The translations under genes were made by a program, and so were the position numbers. DNA of 64,000 bases, taken from Candidatus Omnitrophota bacterium (GTDB lineage Bacteria > Omnitrophota > Gorgyraeia > Zapsychrales > Zapsychraceae). Shown here in pieces: positions 20,492 through 32,096 of the stretch. A model generated the notes under the pieces. The model was not told where the DNA came from and ran no database searches. It saw nothing but the letters and a program-made list of their open reading frames with translations. The stretch is from the NCBI GenBank assembly GCA_021108075.1, contig JAIORP010000168.1, positions 2,649-66,648 on the forward strand. Direction: 5' to 3'. The first letter of the stretch is position 1. Each line of letters starts with the position of its first letter.

Positions 20492-22907
20492 TCTTAATTG
20501 TTAAATGTTGTGCCAATTGTCTATACATTTTCATCCAACATCGGGCATGTTCTTCGCCCGCTTCTTCTTTCTTCCGCATGTCCGCAAGATTATTTTTGGC
20601 AACCAGGAAAAAATCATTCTGGGCCCTCCAAAAATCTATCTTTAACGATAAGGGATCTACGATGTCCAGCATAAAAACAATGTTATTCAATACCCCAGCC
20701 TCCCGGGGGTTTTGCCGCCAGTCAGCCATAAAACCATTTAAACGTTTACGGACCATAAACTCAAGCGTGATTTGATCAATTTCTAATGACCATTCTATAA
20801 CCTCTCGCACCAGTTCCTGCAAACGCTTGAAATCAATCGGATCAGCACCTAAGACACGCATGATATCCGTATTTAAAGACGCTAAAACTGTATTCGCTAA
20901 AATCTGCGGTAAGGGGATTCCCAGTTGTCGAATAACCTGGATAATCGAATAATGATGTTGGTTGATCTGTCTCAAGGAGGATTCAATATCCTCTAACGTT
21001 GTGCATAATATCTGATAAAGAATTTTCCGTTGTTCATCTTTAAATAAATGCCATAAAGAATAATGGCTATTATGAAACGTTTTCTCGATCAGGGCAATGG
21101 TCCCGGCGATATCACTTTTTTTAAAAACAGACTTGATCTCACCCGCTATTTTCTGAAAATTCATCCCCTCTTCAACCGGGATAACACCCCCGATAAAATT
21201 GTGATCACCCAGGTGCAGGGTAACAAAATAAATGGACGCCTGCGCCCCGGTAATGTTTGATTGAATCATGGCTTGCCCGCTGGCCAGACGATGTGAACCT
21301 ACGACCATTAAATCATATGATTCGCTCTGAGCGGTATAACAATAAATCGATGTGACTTTATCATATGTTTCAAATAAGGACGATATGGTGTAATGCGCAC
21401 CAACTCTGGCAAGATCAACAATCGCTGGTTTAACAAGTTGATGGTAAATATTTCTCGCATTCTCGAACTCGGCGATATTACTGGGGATCTTCTCCAACAA
21501 ATGACAAAATGTTTGGTCAAAAGGGATTGAAGAGATGGTTTCAGCCAACTGAATAACACGCGCGGCATACTGAAGAATCTGGACGGTCTCGATCCCGGAA
21601 ACTTCATCGAAAAACCATCCGCAACTTGTAAACATTAGCATGGAAAATCGCTGCATTTCTAAAAGCTGCCGGACCTTCAACCGGTCCCCTTCGGACAAAG
21701 ACATAGAAATATTCTGCGTTAAGAAATGATCAATCTTGCCGGAAGACCTGTCAAGGATCACTTCAACGTATTTATTGCGTAAAGTCCAAACATCATCGCA
21801 ATATTTCCGCATATGATCGACATAAACATTCGCCGCATTATCCCTTAACCAATCCAATGCTCCACGTAACGGGGCCCGCCATTCCTGGTTCCAATCTGGA
21901 TGCTTGCCGGAATGACAGCCGCAATTATTCCGCCAGCGCTCAATCCCGTGCTCACAACTCCAGGAAGAATGTTCAAATATCTCAACCTCAAATTCAGGGG
22001 CATGGGAATCAAGATATTCCCCATAATTCGTTATCCGTGCGAGTTTAAGGGATTTGATATGGTTAATACAGTACGCCAGCGCCATATCACCACTTGGATG
22101 ATGATGGCCATAGGTTTCTCCATCTGTCGCGATATGGACAAATTGGTCATCCTTGTCATGGCTGTATCCGCCCAGCAGACGGTTGGCAAAGTGTTCGCCG
22201 TGATAAAGCAATCCTTCAAACGCGACGCTCTGTGAAATAGGACCATCATAAAAAAATAAAACAATCTGCCGGCCAGAAAATAAACGACACAGGTACGGGC
22301 GACGGGGATTTACGCGGGAACCACTCACATCCCGCCATTTCTTATCGCCGATCTTACGGATCCTTTTAGCCTGTCGAGGGGCTAATATCGTGTAGCGTAT
22401 GCCCTGCGCGGCCATAATATCTAAAGACTCTAAATCAACAGCTGTTTCCGGCAACCACATTCCCTCTGGCGGCCGATTAAAATGATATTTGAAATCTTCA
22501 ATCCCCCACACAATTTGTGTTTCTTTATCCTCCCTCGTCGCCAAAGGAAGTATCATGTGATTATAGGCCTGTGCGATAGCTGAACCATGCCCGGAAAAAA
22601 ATTTTATCGATTCTTGATCCGCCTTGAGGATCGCATGATAAACATCCGGATCCATGCGCGACATCCAATACAGTAATGTCGGACCAAAGTTAAAGCTGAT
22701 ATGGGAATAATTGCTGACAATATCCTGGATACGTCCCTCATCTCCTAAAATACGGGCAGCCGAATTTGGGGCATAACATTCCGATGTGATCCGTTCATTC
22801 CAGTCGTGATACGGATAAGCGGAATCTTGCCGTTCAATTTCCTCCAACCAGGGATTCTCTCTGGGCGGTTGATAAAAATGGGCGTGAATACAAATATATT
22901 TATTCAT
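20484..22907 (-). CDS. Glycoside hydrolase family 57 protein with a C-terminal DUF3536-like extension. It could be a 4-alpha-glucanotransferase or branching-enzyme type.
   Basis: 807 aa. The N-terminus HAHFYQPPRENPW and the catalytic region are typical of GH57. It overlaps treY by 8 bp. Confidence 0.8.
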   Translation of the reverse strand: MNKYICIHAHFYQPPRENPWLEEIERQDSAYPYHDWNERITSECYAPNSAARILGDEGRIQDIVSNYSHISFNFGPTLLYWMSRMDPDVYHAILKADQESIKFFSGHGSAIAQAYNHMILPLATREDKETQIVWGIEDFKYHFNRPPEGMWLPETAVDLESLDIMAAQGIRYTILAPRQAKRIRKIGDKKWRDVSGSRVNPRRPYLCRLFSGRQIVLFFYDGPISQSVAFEGLLYHGEHFANRLLGGYSHDKDDQFVHIATDGETYGHHHPSGDMALAYCINHIKSLKLARITNYGEYLDSHAPEFEVEIFEHSSWSCEHGIERWRNNCGCHSGKHPDWNQEWRAPLRGALDWLRDNAANVYVDHMRKYCDDVWTLRNKYVEVILDRSSGKIDHFLTQNISMSLSEGDRLKVRQLLEMQRFSMLMFTSCGWFFDEVSGIETVQILQYAARVIQLAETISSIPFDQTFCHLLEKIPSNIAEFENARNIYHQLVKPAIVDLARVGAHYTISSLFETYDKVTSIYCYTAQSESYDLMVVGSHRLASGQAMIQSNITGAQASIYFVTLHLGDHNFIGGVIPVEEGMNFQKIAGEIKSVFKKSDIAGTIALIEKTFHNSHYSLWHLFKDEQRKILYQILCTTLEDIESSLRQINQHHYSIIQVIRQLGIPLPQILANTVLASLNTDIMRVLGADPIDFKRLQELVREVIEWSLEIDQITLEFMVRKRLNGFMADWRQNPREAGVLNNIVFMLDIVDPLSLKIDFWRAQNDFFLVAKNNLADMRKKEEAGEEHARCWMKMYRQLAQHLTIKIE

Positions 22908-24755
22908 CTATTTTTCACCTTCATAAACACAAACATGGTGTGGCTGTAGTTTGATATTATCCCCGGAGCGAATGCGGTCCACGGCCAAACAACCTGGGCC
23001 ACCCCAATCAGGGGCAGCTGAATCCAAACACTTTTTATGAGGCAACGGCAGGTGCGGGATACCTAAATTAACGGATTGAACACTGATATTCACAATAATA
23101 AAAATGGAACTCGCCTTATGCTTTCTATGCATCATTAAGACACGATCATCATTTGTTAAGAACACCTGATAATCCTCCCGGTCAAAATGCCTTAACGCCG
23201 GCTGCGATTTTCTGAGTGCGATTAATGACTGATAAAAAGACAACATCTGCGCATGTCGCCCCTCGGCGATAATATCCCACTGGATTTTCGATTGCAAGAA
23301 CACATCTTCGCTGTTAGGGTCCGGGGGCTCCACCTTCCAATGGAATGATTGAAATTCCTTCTTGCGGCCTTCGCGAACAGCCTGGACCAATTGCGGGTCA
23401 AGATGACTGATAAAATACATAAAGGGATTCTTCTGGGCAAATTCTTCTCCCATAAACAACATCGGAACATAAGGCGATAACAACATAATCGCCGCACAAC
23501 ATTTAAGGGACTCGAATGGTACCAGATGAGACAACCGTTCGCCCAACATGCGATTACCGACTTGATCATGATTTTGAATAAAAGCGATAAACTGTCGCGG
23601 AAGGATATGGCCGGAGGAGGATCCGTATTTCTTCCGTCGATGAAGTGAATAATCCCAAGAAAAAACGAATCCTTCTTTTAAGGCCTTAAGCAGTTGCGAC
23701 GGAGCACCGAAATCCTGATAATACCCGGTCCTTTCTTCTGTCATGATTGTTCGTATAGAATGATGAAAATCATCTAACCATTGCGCGTCTAATGCCAGGC
23801 CTCCTTTCTGTTTATCATCAATAATATGCGTATCATTTAAGTCGCTTTCGGCAATCAAATAAAACGATCTTTTCTGTCCGTCAATTTTCGCGCGCACACA
23901 ATCAGATAGTTCCGACAAAAAATGTCTTGCCCCGAAATCACAAATACCGTGAACCGCGTCCAGACGTAAACCGTCCAAATGAAAATATTCATACCAATAC
24001 AGCGCATTATCAATGAAAAATTGTCTCACTCCGCCGCAATCCGGGCCATCAAAGTTAATGGCGCTTCCCCAGGGTGTTTGATAGCGATCCGTAAAATACG
24101 GCCCGAAATGTCCCAGATAATTTCCCTCAGGTCCTAAGTGGTTGTAAACGACATCTAAAATCACCGACAGACCTTTGAAATGGCACGCGTTGACAAATTC
24201 TTTCATTCCAGCAGGGCCACCATAAGTGTTTTGGACGGCAAAAGGATGAACGCCATCATATCCCCAATTGCGGCCACCCGGAAATTGGGAAACCGGCATG
24301 ATTTCAACCGCGTTAATACCCAGGTCAACCAAATAATCAAGACGCTCAACAGCAGAAAAAAATGTGCCTTCTCTGGTAAATGTTCCGACATGCAATTCAT
24401 ACAGGATCATCTCGGATAATGCCACACTCTTCCAATCCCTGTCCTGCCATTGGAAGGCATGATGCTCAACAAGGGCGGAGGGCTGGTGCACACCCCGCGG
24501 CTGGAAAAAAGAAGCGGGATCCGGACATTCATGCTCTTGATTGATCACATATAAATAAAGGGTACCCGGCGATACATCCTCGACGCGAACAGACCAATAA
24601 CCCTGGTCATCCTGCTTCATGGGAATGGTCCGGCTCCGGGGATGGCATAATTTCAATTCAAGCTTTGAACAATTTGGAGCCCACACGGAAAAAAGAGACT
24701 GACCTGAGGCATAAAAAGCGCCGTTTTTCATCTTAAAATATTCCCTCCAATTCAA
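22908..24755 (-). CDS. treZ: Malto-oligosyltrehalose trehalohydrolase (GH13)
   Basis: 615 aa. It has an N-terminal CBM48-like domain and GH13 motifs (DVVYNH, GLRLDAV, FIQNHDQ). Confidence 0.85.
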   Translation of the reverse strand: MNWREYFKMKNGAFYASGQSLFSVWAPNCSKLELKLCHPRSRTIPMKQDDQGYWSVRVEDVSPGTLYLYVINQEHECPDPASFFQPRGVHQPSALVEHHAFQWQDRDWKSVALSEMILYELHVGTFTREGTFFSAVERLDYLVDLGINAVEIMPVSQFPGGRNWGYDGVHPFAVQNTYGGPAGMKEFVNACHFKGLSVILDVVYNHLGPEGNYLGHFGPYFTDRYQTPWGSAINFDGPDCGGVRQFFIDNALYWYEYFHLDGLRLDAVHGICDFGARHFLSELSDCVRAKIDGQKRSFYLIAESDLNDTHIIDDKQKGGLALDAQWLDDFHHSIRTIMTEERTGYYQDFGAPSQLLKALKEGFVFSWDYSLHRRKKYGSSSGHILPRQFIAFIQNHDQVGNRMLGERLSHLVPFESLKCCAAIMLLSPYVPMLFMGEEFAQKNPFMYFISHLDPQLVQAVREGRKKEFQSFHWKVEPPDPNSEDVFLQSKIQWDIIAEGRHAQMLSFYQSLIALRKSQPALRHFDREDYQVFLTNDDRVLMMHRKHKASSIFIIVNISVQSVNLGIPHLPLPHKKCLDSAAPDWGGPGCLAVDRIRSGDNIKLQPHHVCVYEGEK

Positions 24756-24949
24756 ATCCTTACATGTCAGCTAGGAGGCTGTCCGAAAATAGAATTTTTG
24801 TTCAGAACAAGGCGCGAGACGAGAGAAAACCACAGGCGTACATGTGTACGTTGAGGATTTTTTTGAGTTTCGCAACGCAGGACTGGACAAAAACATCATT
24901 ATCGGACAACCTCCTGGTCATAAGGATAAATGTTCATCATAAATTAACA

Positions 24950-27900
24950 CTATGTGCTTCTTTTACGTTTGGTTTGAAAATTATCCATCACGTGTTTTAT
25001 TCCCCTTAAAGGCAGGACGATCCAATCAGGTCGATTGTTAAGTTCATAACCTAATTCATAAATAGCTTTATCCAACAAATATATTTTCAACAGAACATCC
25101 AGATCTTTTTTAACTCTTGGTAAGAACTCGGACTTTCCGATCATATCGAAATACGCCGATAAAAACGTATCAATAACGCGTGCGTACCACGCGTGTGCGG
25201 CGGATTCCAGGATAAAAATATCTTCTTCCCGCACCGTGCTGTTTAATAATAACGTCGCATGCACCACATAATGAAAAGACCGCAACATCCCTGCAAGGTC
25301 TCTTAACACGGACCTCTTAATTCTCCGTTCACTCAAAGCACGCGCAGGTTCACCTTCAAAGTCGATGATAACAAAGTCTTTTCCCGTAAACAAAACCTGC
25401 CCCAGATGATAATCTCCATGGATGCGTATTTTTTTTGCGGAATACTTTGATTGCAGAATCAGTTTCAGTCGGGCGTATATCTGTTTTTCCATCGCCAGAA
25501 CGGGTGTTGCCTCACCTTGAATATCTACGGGTAATGCCCCGATAATTTTCTTCAGTAAACGTAATACAAACCGGGCCTGACTGCCCATCGATTGATAAAC
25601 AGAGCGTTGATACAGCAAGGAGAAGGATTCGGGTTTAAAATCCGGATGGTCTGAACCTGCCGCTAAGGACAAGTGCATCTCGGCCGTACGGTGACCGAGG
25701 AGCTGAACCATTTCCAGGTAAAAATCATCAACCAGGTCCTGCATTTGCTCCACAGTCAGCAAATGGTTTTGGACGTCAGATCCTGATGATGTAAGCTCTT
25801 TCTTACGAAGGCCTTTGACCTCCGATAATATCAGATCGAAATATGATTTCACGTGGTCTAATGAGAAATTCCACGCATCAGATTGATGACGAACATAGCC
25901 CTGCAACAAACCAATGGTGACGGGTTCCTTCCTGGGCTGGCGGTACTCTATGACACCGGCATACGGCGGGATCTGTTTATACTTTTGATCATCCGTTAAA
26001 AACTGAATAATTTCCGCATCCGGATTCTTACCTTCATCAAGTTTCCTGAAAATTTTCAAGAAAAACACATTGTCATATAAAATGGATGTGTTGCTCTGTT
26101 CCGTCTTTAATATGTGGGAGTTCATTTGCCCCGTCACATGTTTCATGATACTGGAAAACTTCTTACCCTTGAGGCCGTAAATTTCGCTTGTAGAATTCTT
26201 AATTTTCTTACGGTTTGTAATCATTTTGAGCAGCAATCGATGGAAACTTGAATCATAGACCCCATCAAAAAGAATCCCGTCTTTACCCCCGACGGACAAT
26301 CGGCACAATATGCTTTCAGGGTATTGTTGCGCGATCATTTTATCTTCTTTTGAATAGATAAACGAAAGGGGCAATAAATAATTTTCTTCTCCCCGGCTTG
26401 CATAATGGATATGCACCACCAACAATTTGACCGTGGTTTCGTCCTTGGGCAAATAAATGATATCATCCACCCGCACAGAAATCATCTGCCGGGCTTTTCC
26501 TCCAAACCAACGGACTTTCTTAAAATAATTTGGCAGCACCGTTGTTTCTAATTTTTTAATATTCTTTTGTATAAAAAGCTCTTCCCAGGAATCGTTTAAT
26601 TTGATCCGCGCTAACTTCCGGCCCAAATCACGAATAATTTTATCCATCGGCTTTAATAGCAACCAAAAATGGCCGTGTGCCCCCAGTGTAATCAAATACG
26701 GTTGATCTTTAAGGATCGGGAATTCATTCTGGCTAAAGACCTCCTGTGGGATATAACCGTTGTACTCTTTAAGGTCAAGTTCAACATACTGGGAAAAACG
26801 TGATAAATTGATGATCACCAAAATGATCTCATCTTTATGTTGCCGTATAAAACTCAAGACTTTCGAATTATCTGAAGCGATAAACTTCGTGGAGCCCTGG
26901 CTAAACGCCTTGTAATTTTTCCGAAAAGCGATAACGCGTTTCATCCACCACAACATGGAAGATAAATTGCTTTCCTGATTCTCAACATTGATAGATTCAT
27001 AATGGAACTCAGAATCGATAATAACAGGCAAATACAGTTCCTGGGGATTGGCGCGTGAGAAGCCGGCATTCCGGTCCGGACTCCATTGCATGGGGGTGCG
27101 CACACCATCGCGGTCACCTAAAAAACGGTTATCCCCCATGCCGATCTCATCACCGTAATAGATAACAGGGGTTCCTGGCAACGAAAACAAAAGCACATTC
27201 ATCAACTCAATCTTTCGATAATTATTACTCAACAAGGGCACTAATCGTCGACGGATTCCAAGATTGATCTTCGAACGGGTGTCTTTGGCATAAGTCCGGT
27301 ACATATAATCACGCTCTTCATCAGTTACCATCTCTAAGGTCAGTTCGTCATGATTGCGTAAAAAGATAGCCCACTGACAATTCTTGGGTATTTTTGGCGT
27401 TTGTTCCAGGATGTCAATGATCGGGAACCGGTCCTCCATTTGAACGCTCATATACATCCGCGGCATGAGCGGAAAATGAAAGGCCATATGGCATTCGTCT
27501 CCCCGGCCAAAATAAGCGACCGCATCTTCCGGCCATTGATTAGCTTCGGCTAACAGCATACGATTTCTATATTTTTGATCAACATGCTTGCGCAGCTTTT
27601 TCAAAAAAGCATACGTCTCTGGAAGGTTCTCACAATTTGTTCCTTCCCGCTCAAACAAATACGGTACAGCGTCGAGCCGTAGGCCGTCAACCCCCAGACC
27701 GTACCAATAATCAACTAACCTGAGAATCTCTTTTTGCACATTTTGGTTATCAAAATTGAGATCGGGTTGATGGGAATAAAACCGGTGCCAATAATATGCA
27801 GCGGCTTCTTCATCCCACGTCCAGTTTGAAACCTCAAAATCTTTAAAAATGACGCGTGCATCTTTGTATTTATCCGGACGCTCACTCCACACATAATAAT

Positions 27901-28300
27901 TCCGGTAATTTGAACCTGGTTTGGATTTCTTCGCCCTCTTAAACCACGGATGCTGGTCGGACGTGTGATTAATCACTAACTCTGTAATAACCCGCAGGCC
28001 CCGCAAATGCGCTTCCCTCAAAAAATCTTTAAAGTCCTTAAGCGTTCCGTATTGCGGATGAATGTTGACATAATCAGAAATATCATATCCATCATCCCTT
28101 AGCGGCGATGGATAAAAAGGCAGCAACCAGATTGCGGTAATGCCTAAATTTTTTAAGTAATCTAATTTCTCAATTAATCCCTTAAAATCACCAATCCCAT
28201 CACCATTGCTGTCAAAAAATGACTTCACATGCAATTGATAAATAACAGCATCTTTAAACCAGAGAGGATTATTTTCCAGGACAGATCGCGCAATTGGCAT
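24950..28300 (-). CDS. treS: Trehalose synthase fused to maltokinase (TreS-Mak/Pep2)
   Basis: 1116 aa. The N-terminal 600 aa are GH13 TreS (DAVIYQLHVKSFFDSNGDGIGDF, INHTSDQHPWF, GLRLDAV). The C-terminal approximately 450 aa are a maltokinase-like kinase domain. Confidence 0.85.
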   Translation of the reverse strand: MPIARSVLENNPLWFKDAVIYQLHVKSFFDSNGDGIGDFKGLIEKLDYLKNLGITAIWLLPFYPSPLRDDGYDISDYVNIHPQYGTLKDFKDFLREAHLRGLRVITELVINHTSDQHPWFKRAKKSKPGSNYRNYYVWSERPDKYKDARVIFKDFEVSNWTWDEEAAAYYWHRFYSHQPDLNFDNQNVQKEILRLVDYWYGLGVDGLRLDAVPYLFEREGTNCENLPETYAFLKKLRKHVDQKYRNRMLLAEANQWPEDAVAYFGRGDECHMAFHFPLMPRMYMSVQMEDRFPIIDILEQTPKIPKNCQWAIFLRNHDELTLEMVTDEERDYMYRTYAKDTRSKINLGIRRRLVPLLSNNYRKIELMNVLLFSLPGTPVIYYGDEIGMGDNRFLGDRDGVRTPMQWSPDRNAGFSRANPQELYLPVIIDSEFHYESINVENQESNLSSMLWWMKRVIAFRKNYKAFSQGSTKFIASDNSKVLSFIRQHKDEIILVIINLSRFSQYVELDLKEYNGYIPQEVFSQNEFPILKDQPYLITLGAHGHFWLLLKPMDKIIRDLGRKLARIKLNDSWEELFIQKNIKKLETTVLPNYFKKVRWFGGKARQMISVRVDDIIYLPKDETTVKLLVVHIHYASRGEENYLLPLSFIYSKEDKMIAQQYPESILCRLSVGGKDGILFDGVYDSSFHRLLLKMITNRKKIKNSTSEIYGLKGKKFSSIMKHVTGQMNSHILKTEQSNTSILYDNVFFLKIFRKLDEGKNPDAEIIQFLTDDQKYKQIPPYAGVIEYRQPRKEPVTIGLLQGYVRHQSDAWNFSLDHVKSYFDLILSEVKGLRKKELTSSGSDVQNHLLTVEQMQDLVDDFYLEMVQLLGHRTAEMHLSLAAGSDHPDFKPESFSLLYQRSVYQSMGSQARFVLRLLKKIIGALPVDIQGEATPVLAMEKQIYARLKLILQSKYSAKKIRIHGDYHLGQVLFTGKDFVIIDFEGEPARALSERRIKRSVLRDLAGMLRSFHYVVHATLLLNSTVREEDIFILESAAHAWYARVIDTFLSAYFDMIGKSEFLPRVKKDLDVLLKIYLLDKAIYELGYELNNRPDWIVLPLRGIKHVMDNFQTKRKRST

Positions 28301-28342
28301 AATTTATTTATCTCCTTCACGTCTTTTTTTACATTCTACTCT

Positions 28343-30313
28343 TCAGGTGCTTTGATGATCAAGCCGGATCACATGGGCCATTGATCTTTGAGGATCAAGC
28401 TCAATATACGCTCCGTCACCCTGCCAAACATATTTCTCTTCATTCAACAGATCATGGGCAATATACGGACGCTCATAATCCAGACCTAATTCATCAATCG
28501 GGACCCGCAACCAGCCGGATTCCGTGCAAAATGGATTCAAATTGACTGCGACAAGAATAATATTTGAATAATCTTCTGTTGCTTTGTAAAAACATAATAA
28601 CTGATCATTGTTGATGTCAAGGAATCGAATCTTACGGGTTTGTTGCAAACTTGGATTTTCTCGACGGATCATATTAAGTGTCGTAATGACACTCTTGATA
28701 TTACCCGGCCGGTCCCAATCCCAGGCCTTAATTTCATATTTCTCCGAATCGATATACTCTTCTTTATCCGAAACGGATTTAGACAAACACAACTCAAAAA
28801 CCGGTCCGTAAATACCGAAATTGGCAGATAACATCGAAGCCAAAACAACGCGCATGATAAACGCCGGCCGGCCACCCTCCTGCAGGTGCGGGACGAGAAT
28901 GTCCGGGGTGTTGGGCCAAAAATTCGGACGAAAGAATTCACCGACTTCCGTTTGCGTTAACTCCGTTAAATATTCCATGAGTTCACTCTTCGTATGGCGC
29001 CAGGTAAAATATGTGTAGGATTGAGTGAAACCGCCCTTGGCCAGGCGATACATAACTTTGGGTCGTGTGAAGGCTTCAGCAAGAAAAATTGTTTGGGGAT
29101 GCGCCTTCTTGACCTCGGCGATCAGCCAATCCCAGAAGACAAAAGGTTTTGTGTGCGGATTATCGACCCGAAAAATTGACACCCCTTTTTCAATCCAGAA
29201 AAAAACAATACTTTTTAATTCCTGCCATAAATTTTGCCGATCGTCTGTTTCAAAATTCAAGGGCAAGATATCCTCATACTTTTTGGGAGGATTCTCGGCA
29301 TATTGGACAACTCCGTCAGGACGCCATTTAAACCACTTTGGGTGAGCCTTGACATAAGGATGGTCCGGTGAACATTGAAAAGCGAGATCAATCGCGACTT
29401 CAAGCCCCAATTTATTGGCGCACGCGACAAAATCCTGAAAGTCAGCAAAATCACCTAATTGAGGATGAATCGATTTGTGCCCCCCCTCTTTTGACCCTAT
29501 CGCCCAAGGGGAACCCGGGTCGCCTTTCCGACAGACAACCGCATTGTTTTTGCCCTTTCGTTTTGTTTGTCCGATAGGATGAATCGGAGGCAGATAGATT
29601 ACGTTAAAACCCATATCTTTAATCGCCGGCAAGATCTGTTGGCAATCCTTAAACGTACCGTGCTGACCCGGCTTTTTCCCCCATGATCGAGGAAAAAACT
29701 CATACCAGCTGCTAAAAGATGCGCGCGGATCTTCAACAAGGACAATCAGTTCTTTTTCATAAACGGTACTTCTTCGGGGATCAAGGTATGTCTCAAGCAT
29801 ATACAGCAGGTCTGAATCAAAGGCGGCTTCAAGGGCATCCTCCTTTTTCCGGGAATTTCTTAATAACGCAATCCATTTCTTCAGCTCTGATTTATGTTGG
29901 GGCATGACGCGTGGCAGTGCGGCTTCAAGAATCTGAACACCGATCATTAAATCAACATCCACGTCTTGCCGCGACTTAACCTTCTTTTGTAAACCTTTGC
30001 GCCATGTATCGAAATCATGAATGAAGCCCTGTACCGTGTAACAGTAATTCACGTTCTCTTCGACCCTGAACTTTGATTCCCAAAGATCATTACCCAAAGA
30101 TTTCATGCGAACTTTCTGCCATTCACGATCTTCTTGCCTTTTAAAAAGCAAAAGAACAAAAATTTCAGCATGACCGTCGGCAAAGACATCCGCGCTGACA
30201 GTAACGCATTCTCCTTTGACGCGTTTGATCGGAAATCGTCCGCCATCAATCTCAGGCCGAACATTCTCGATGACAATCCGTCGGGTAGCAGAAGACGACA
30301 TATTTTCGACCAT
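28343..30313 (-). CDS. glgE: Alpha-1,4-glucan:maltose-1-phosphate maltosyltransferase
   Basis: 656 aa. N-terminal domain plus GH13_3 catalytic core (FRVDNPHTKP, DLAFQCSPDHPYV). The length matches GlgE. Confidence 0.85.
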   Translation of the reverse strand: MVENMSSSATRRIVIENVRPEIDGGRFPIKRVKGECVTVSADVFADGHAEIFVLLLFKRQEDREWQKVRMKSLGNDLWESKFRVEENVNYCYTVQGFIHDFDTWRKGLQKKVKSRQDVDVDLMIGVQILEAALPRVMPQHKSELKKWIALLRNSRKKEDALEAAFDSDLLYMLETYLDPRRSTVYEKELIVLVEDPRASFSSWYEFFPRSWGKKPGQHGTFKDCQQILPAIKDMGFNVIYLPPIHPIGQTKRKGKNNAVVCRKGDPGSPWAIGSKEGGHKSIHPQLGDFADFQDFVACANKLGLEVAIDLAFQCSPDHPYVKAHPKWFKWRPDGVVQYAENPPKKYEDILPLNFETDDRQNLWQELKSIVFFWIEKGVSIFRVDNPHTKPFVFWDWLIAEVKKAHPQTIFLAEAFTRPKVMYRLAKGGFTQSYTYFTWRHTKSELMEYLTELTQTEVGEFFRPNFWPNTPDILVPHLQEGGRPAFIMRVVLASMLSANFGIYGPVFELCLSKSVSDKEEYIDSEKYEIKAWDWDRPGNIKSVITTLNMIRRENPSLQQTRKIRFLDINNDQLLCFYKATEDYSNIILVAVNLNPFCTESGWLRVPIDELGLDYERPYIAHDLLNEEKYVWQGDGAYIELDPQRSMAHVIRLDHQST

Positions 30314-30407
30314 GGATCGGTTTCTCCATTCTCATTTCAAACTATTGTTATGGGCTAAAAAACGTTCATCCAAACATTTATTATGTCAGTTAAAACGGTA
30401 AATGATT

Positions 30408-30432
30408 ATACCAATTCCGTTAAATAATAATT
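30408..30432 (+). repeat. Solo terminal arm of the MITE-like element
   Basis: ATACCAATTCCGTTAAATAATAATT matches the left terminal inverted repeat only. Confidence 0.5.
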
Positions 30433-30477
30433 ATACAATACAACCCGTGATTTTAAACAACAAAACATATGCATCTC

Positions 30478-31932
30478 CTACAACAAAGGAGAAAACAAAC
30501 GGGAAAAAGAATTCCGGAATTTCTCAAAAACACTCAAACGGTCGTAATATTCCAGGGTGATCTCTTCACACAACTCAAGGTCCCTTTGAAAAGACTGCAT
30601 AATTTCATCTGTTATCGACTTATCATAGATTAATGTATTTGATTCATAATTCAAATGAAAACTCCGTATATCCATATTCGCTGTGCCGACCGAACAAATG
30701 TCCTCATCAACGCAAATCGTCTTGGCGTGCAAAAAGCCGGCTTTGTATTGATAAATTTTTACTCCGGCTAACAATAACTTTTCATAAAATGTGAACGCGG
30801 ACCAGAATGGCAATCTGCGGTCGGGCAAACCCGTCATCATCAGACGCACATCCACACCAGACAAAGCGGCTGTCTGCAATGCCATATAAATGCTTTTATC
30901 CGGGACAAAATAGGGCGACTGAATGTAAACCTTCCGAGCCGCTGAAGCAATCAAGGTAAAATATAATTGTTGAATCGACTCCCACGCTGAATCCGGACCT
31001 GATGTTGTAATCTGCATCGGAACGCCTTGTTCAACCTTTTTCGGGGTGGGAAAATATTGGGACTGGAATATCGACTCTTTGCCTGTATTCAACCAACTTG
31101 TCGCAAAAACCGACTGAAGAACCGCAACCGCCTCGCCTTCTATCCGCAAATGCGCGTCGCGCCAGGTGTCAAACCGTTTACCACCATCGATATACTCCTG
31201 CGCCATGTTCATGCCACCGGCGTATCCCACCTGCCCGTCAATAACAATAATTTTACGATGATTCCGGTAATTCAAGGTGTGGATGGTCAAGGGAGAACGA
31301 AAATCATAATAGGGATAAATTTGTATTCCGGCCTTCTGCAAAGAACGAGTATACCTGCTGGTTAACGCGAGACTGCCAACGGCATCAAAAAGAATGCGAA
31401 CCTCAACACCGGCTTTGACTTTATCTTCTAGAATACGGGTGATCTTTCGGGTTAATTTATCATTCCGCCAAATGTAGTACTCCAGATGAATAAAACTCCT
31501 GGCCTTTTCTATGTCGGAGCATAATGCATCAAATTTTTCTTTGCCTGAATAAAAAACCTTCACTTGATTATGGCTCGTTAAGATCGAATCTGAATTTGAA
31601 TACAGCAGATGAATGATTTTCCTCTTGGCTTCATTGGGATACATACGTTCAAGTTCAAGCAGGTTCCTGTTCTGTTCCTGGACAATCGGCTCCAACATGG
31701 CGTTCAGGTTCTTGTCCAACTGTTGTTGCTTCAGACGGCGCTCTTTTCTTTTCGGACGCCAATTCCGGCCAATTAAAAAATAAACGATTAGCCCTGCAAT
31801 AGGAAAAAGCATAAAAACAAGCAACCAGGCCAGCGTCGTCGTTGAATCCCGGTTATCCAACAATAAAAGAATGATGGTTCCGAGTAAATACAAATAAAAT
31901 AAAATTGAGAGTATAATCTGGAAATTATTCAT
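30478..31932 (-). CDS. cls: Cardiolipin synthase (PLD superfamily)
   Basis: 484 aa. It has two N-terminal TM helices and two HKD motifs (HRKIIVIDG and HAKTICVDE). Confidence 0.85.
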   Translation of the reverse strand: MNNFQIILSILFYLYLLGTIILLLLDNRDSTTTLAWLLVFMLFPIAGLIVYFLIGRNWRPKRKERRLKQQQLDKNLNAMLEPIVQEQNRNLLELERMYPNEAKRKIIHLLYSNSDSILTSHNQVKVFYSGKEKFDALCSDIEKARSFIHLEYYIWRNDKLTRKITRILEDKVKAGVEVRILFDAVGSLALTSRYTRSLQKAGIQIYPYYDFRSPLTIHTLNYRNHRKIIVIDGQVGYAGGMNMAQEYIDGGKRFDTWRDAHLRIEGEAVAVLQSVFATSWLNTGKESIFQSQYFPTPKKVEQGVPMQITTSGPDSAWESIQQLYFTLIASAARKVYIQSPYFVPDKSIYMALQTAALSGVDVRLMMTGLPDRRLPFWSAFTFYEKLLLAGVKIYQYKAGFLHAKTICVDEDICSVGTANMDIRSFHLNYESNTLIYDKSITDEIMQSFQRDLELCEEITLEYYDRLSVFEKFRNSFSRLFSPLL

Positions 31933-32096
31933 AGATTAGTTTGAACAGGATTTAACTCGCCCCGCAACAACGAAAAAAAATCAAAGGCTATCGGTCCTCG
32001 GGCAAAAAAAATTTATGGCTCGGTTTAAATGTTGTTTAACTTTTCCCGGGTGGACATTCTGAATCATCATATTCCTTTTTTAAAATATGTCTCAGA

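Noticed and set aside
24836-24852. Short inverted repeat CGTACA-TG-TGTACG in the treS/treZ intergenic region
   Set aside because: It is only 6-bp arms, which is within chance expectation for an approximately 200-bp AT-moderate spacer. No second copy was seen.
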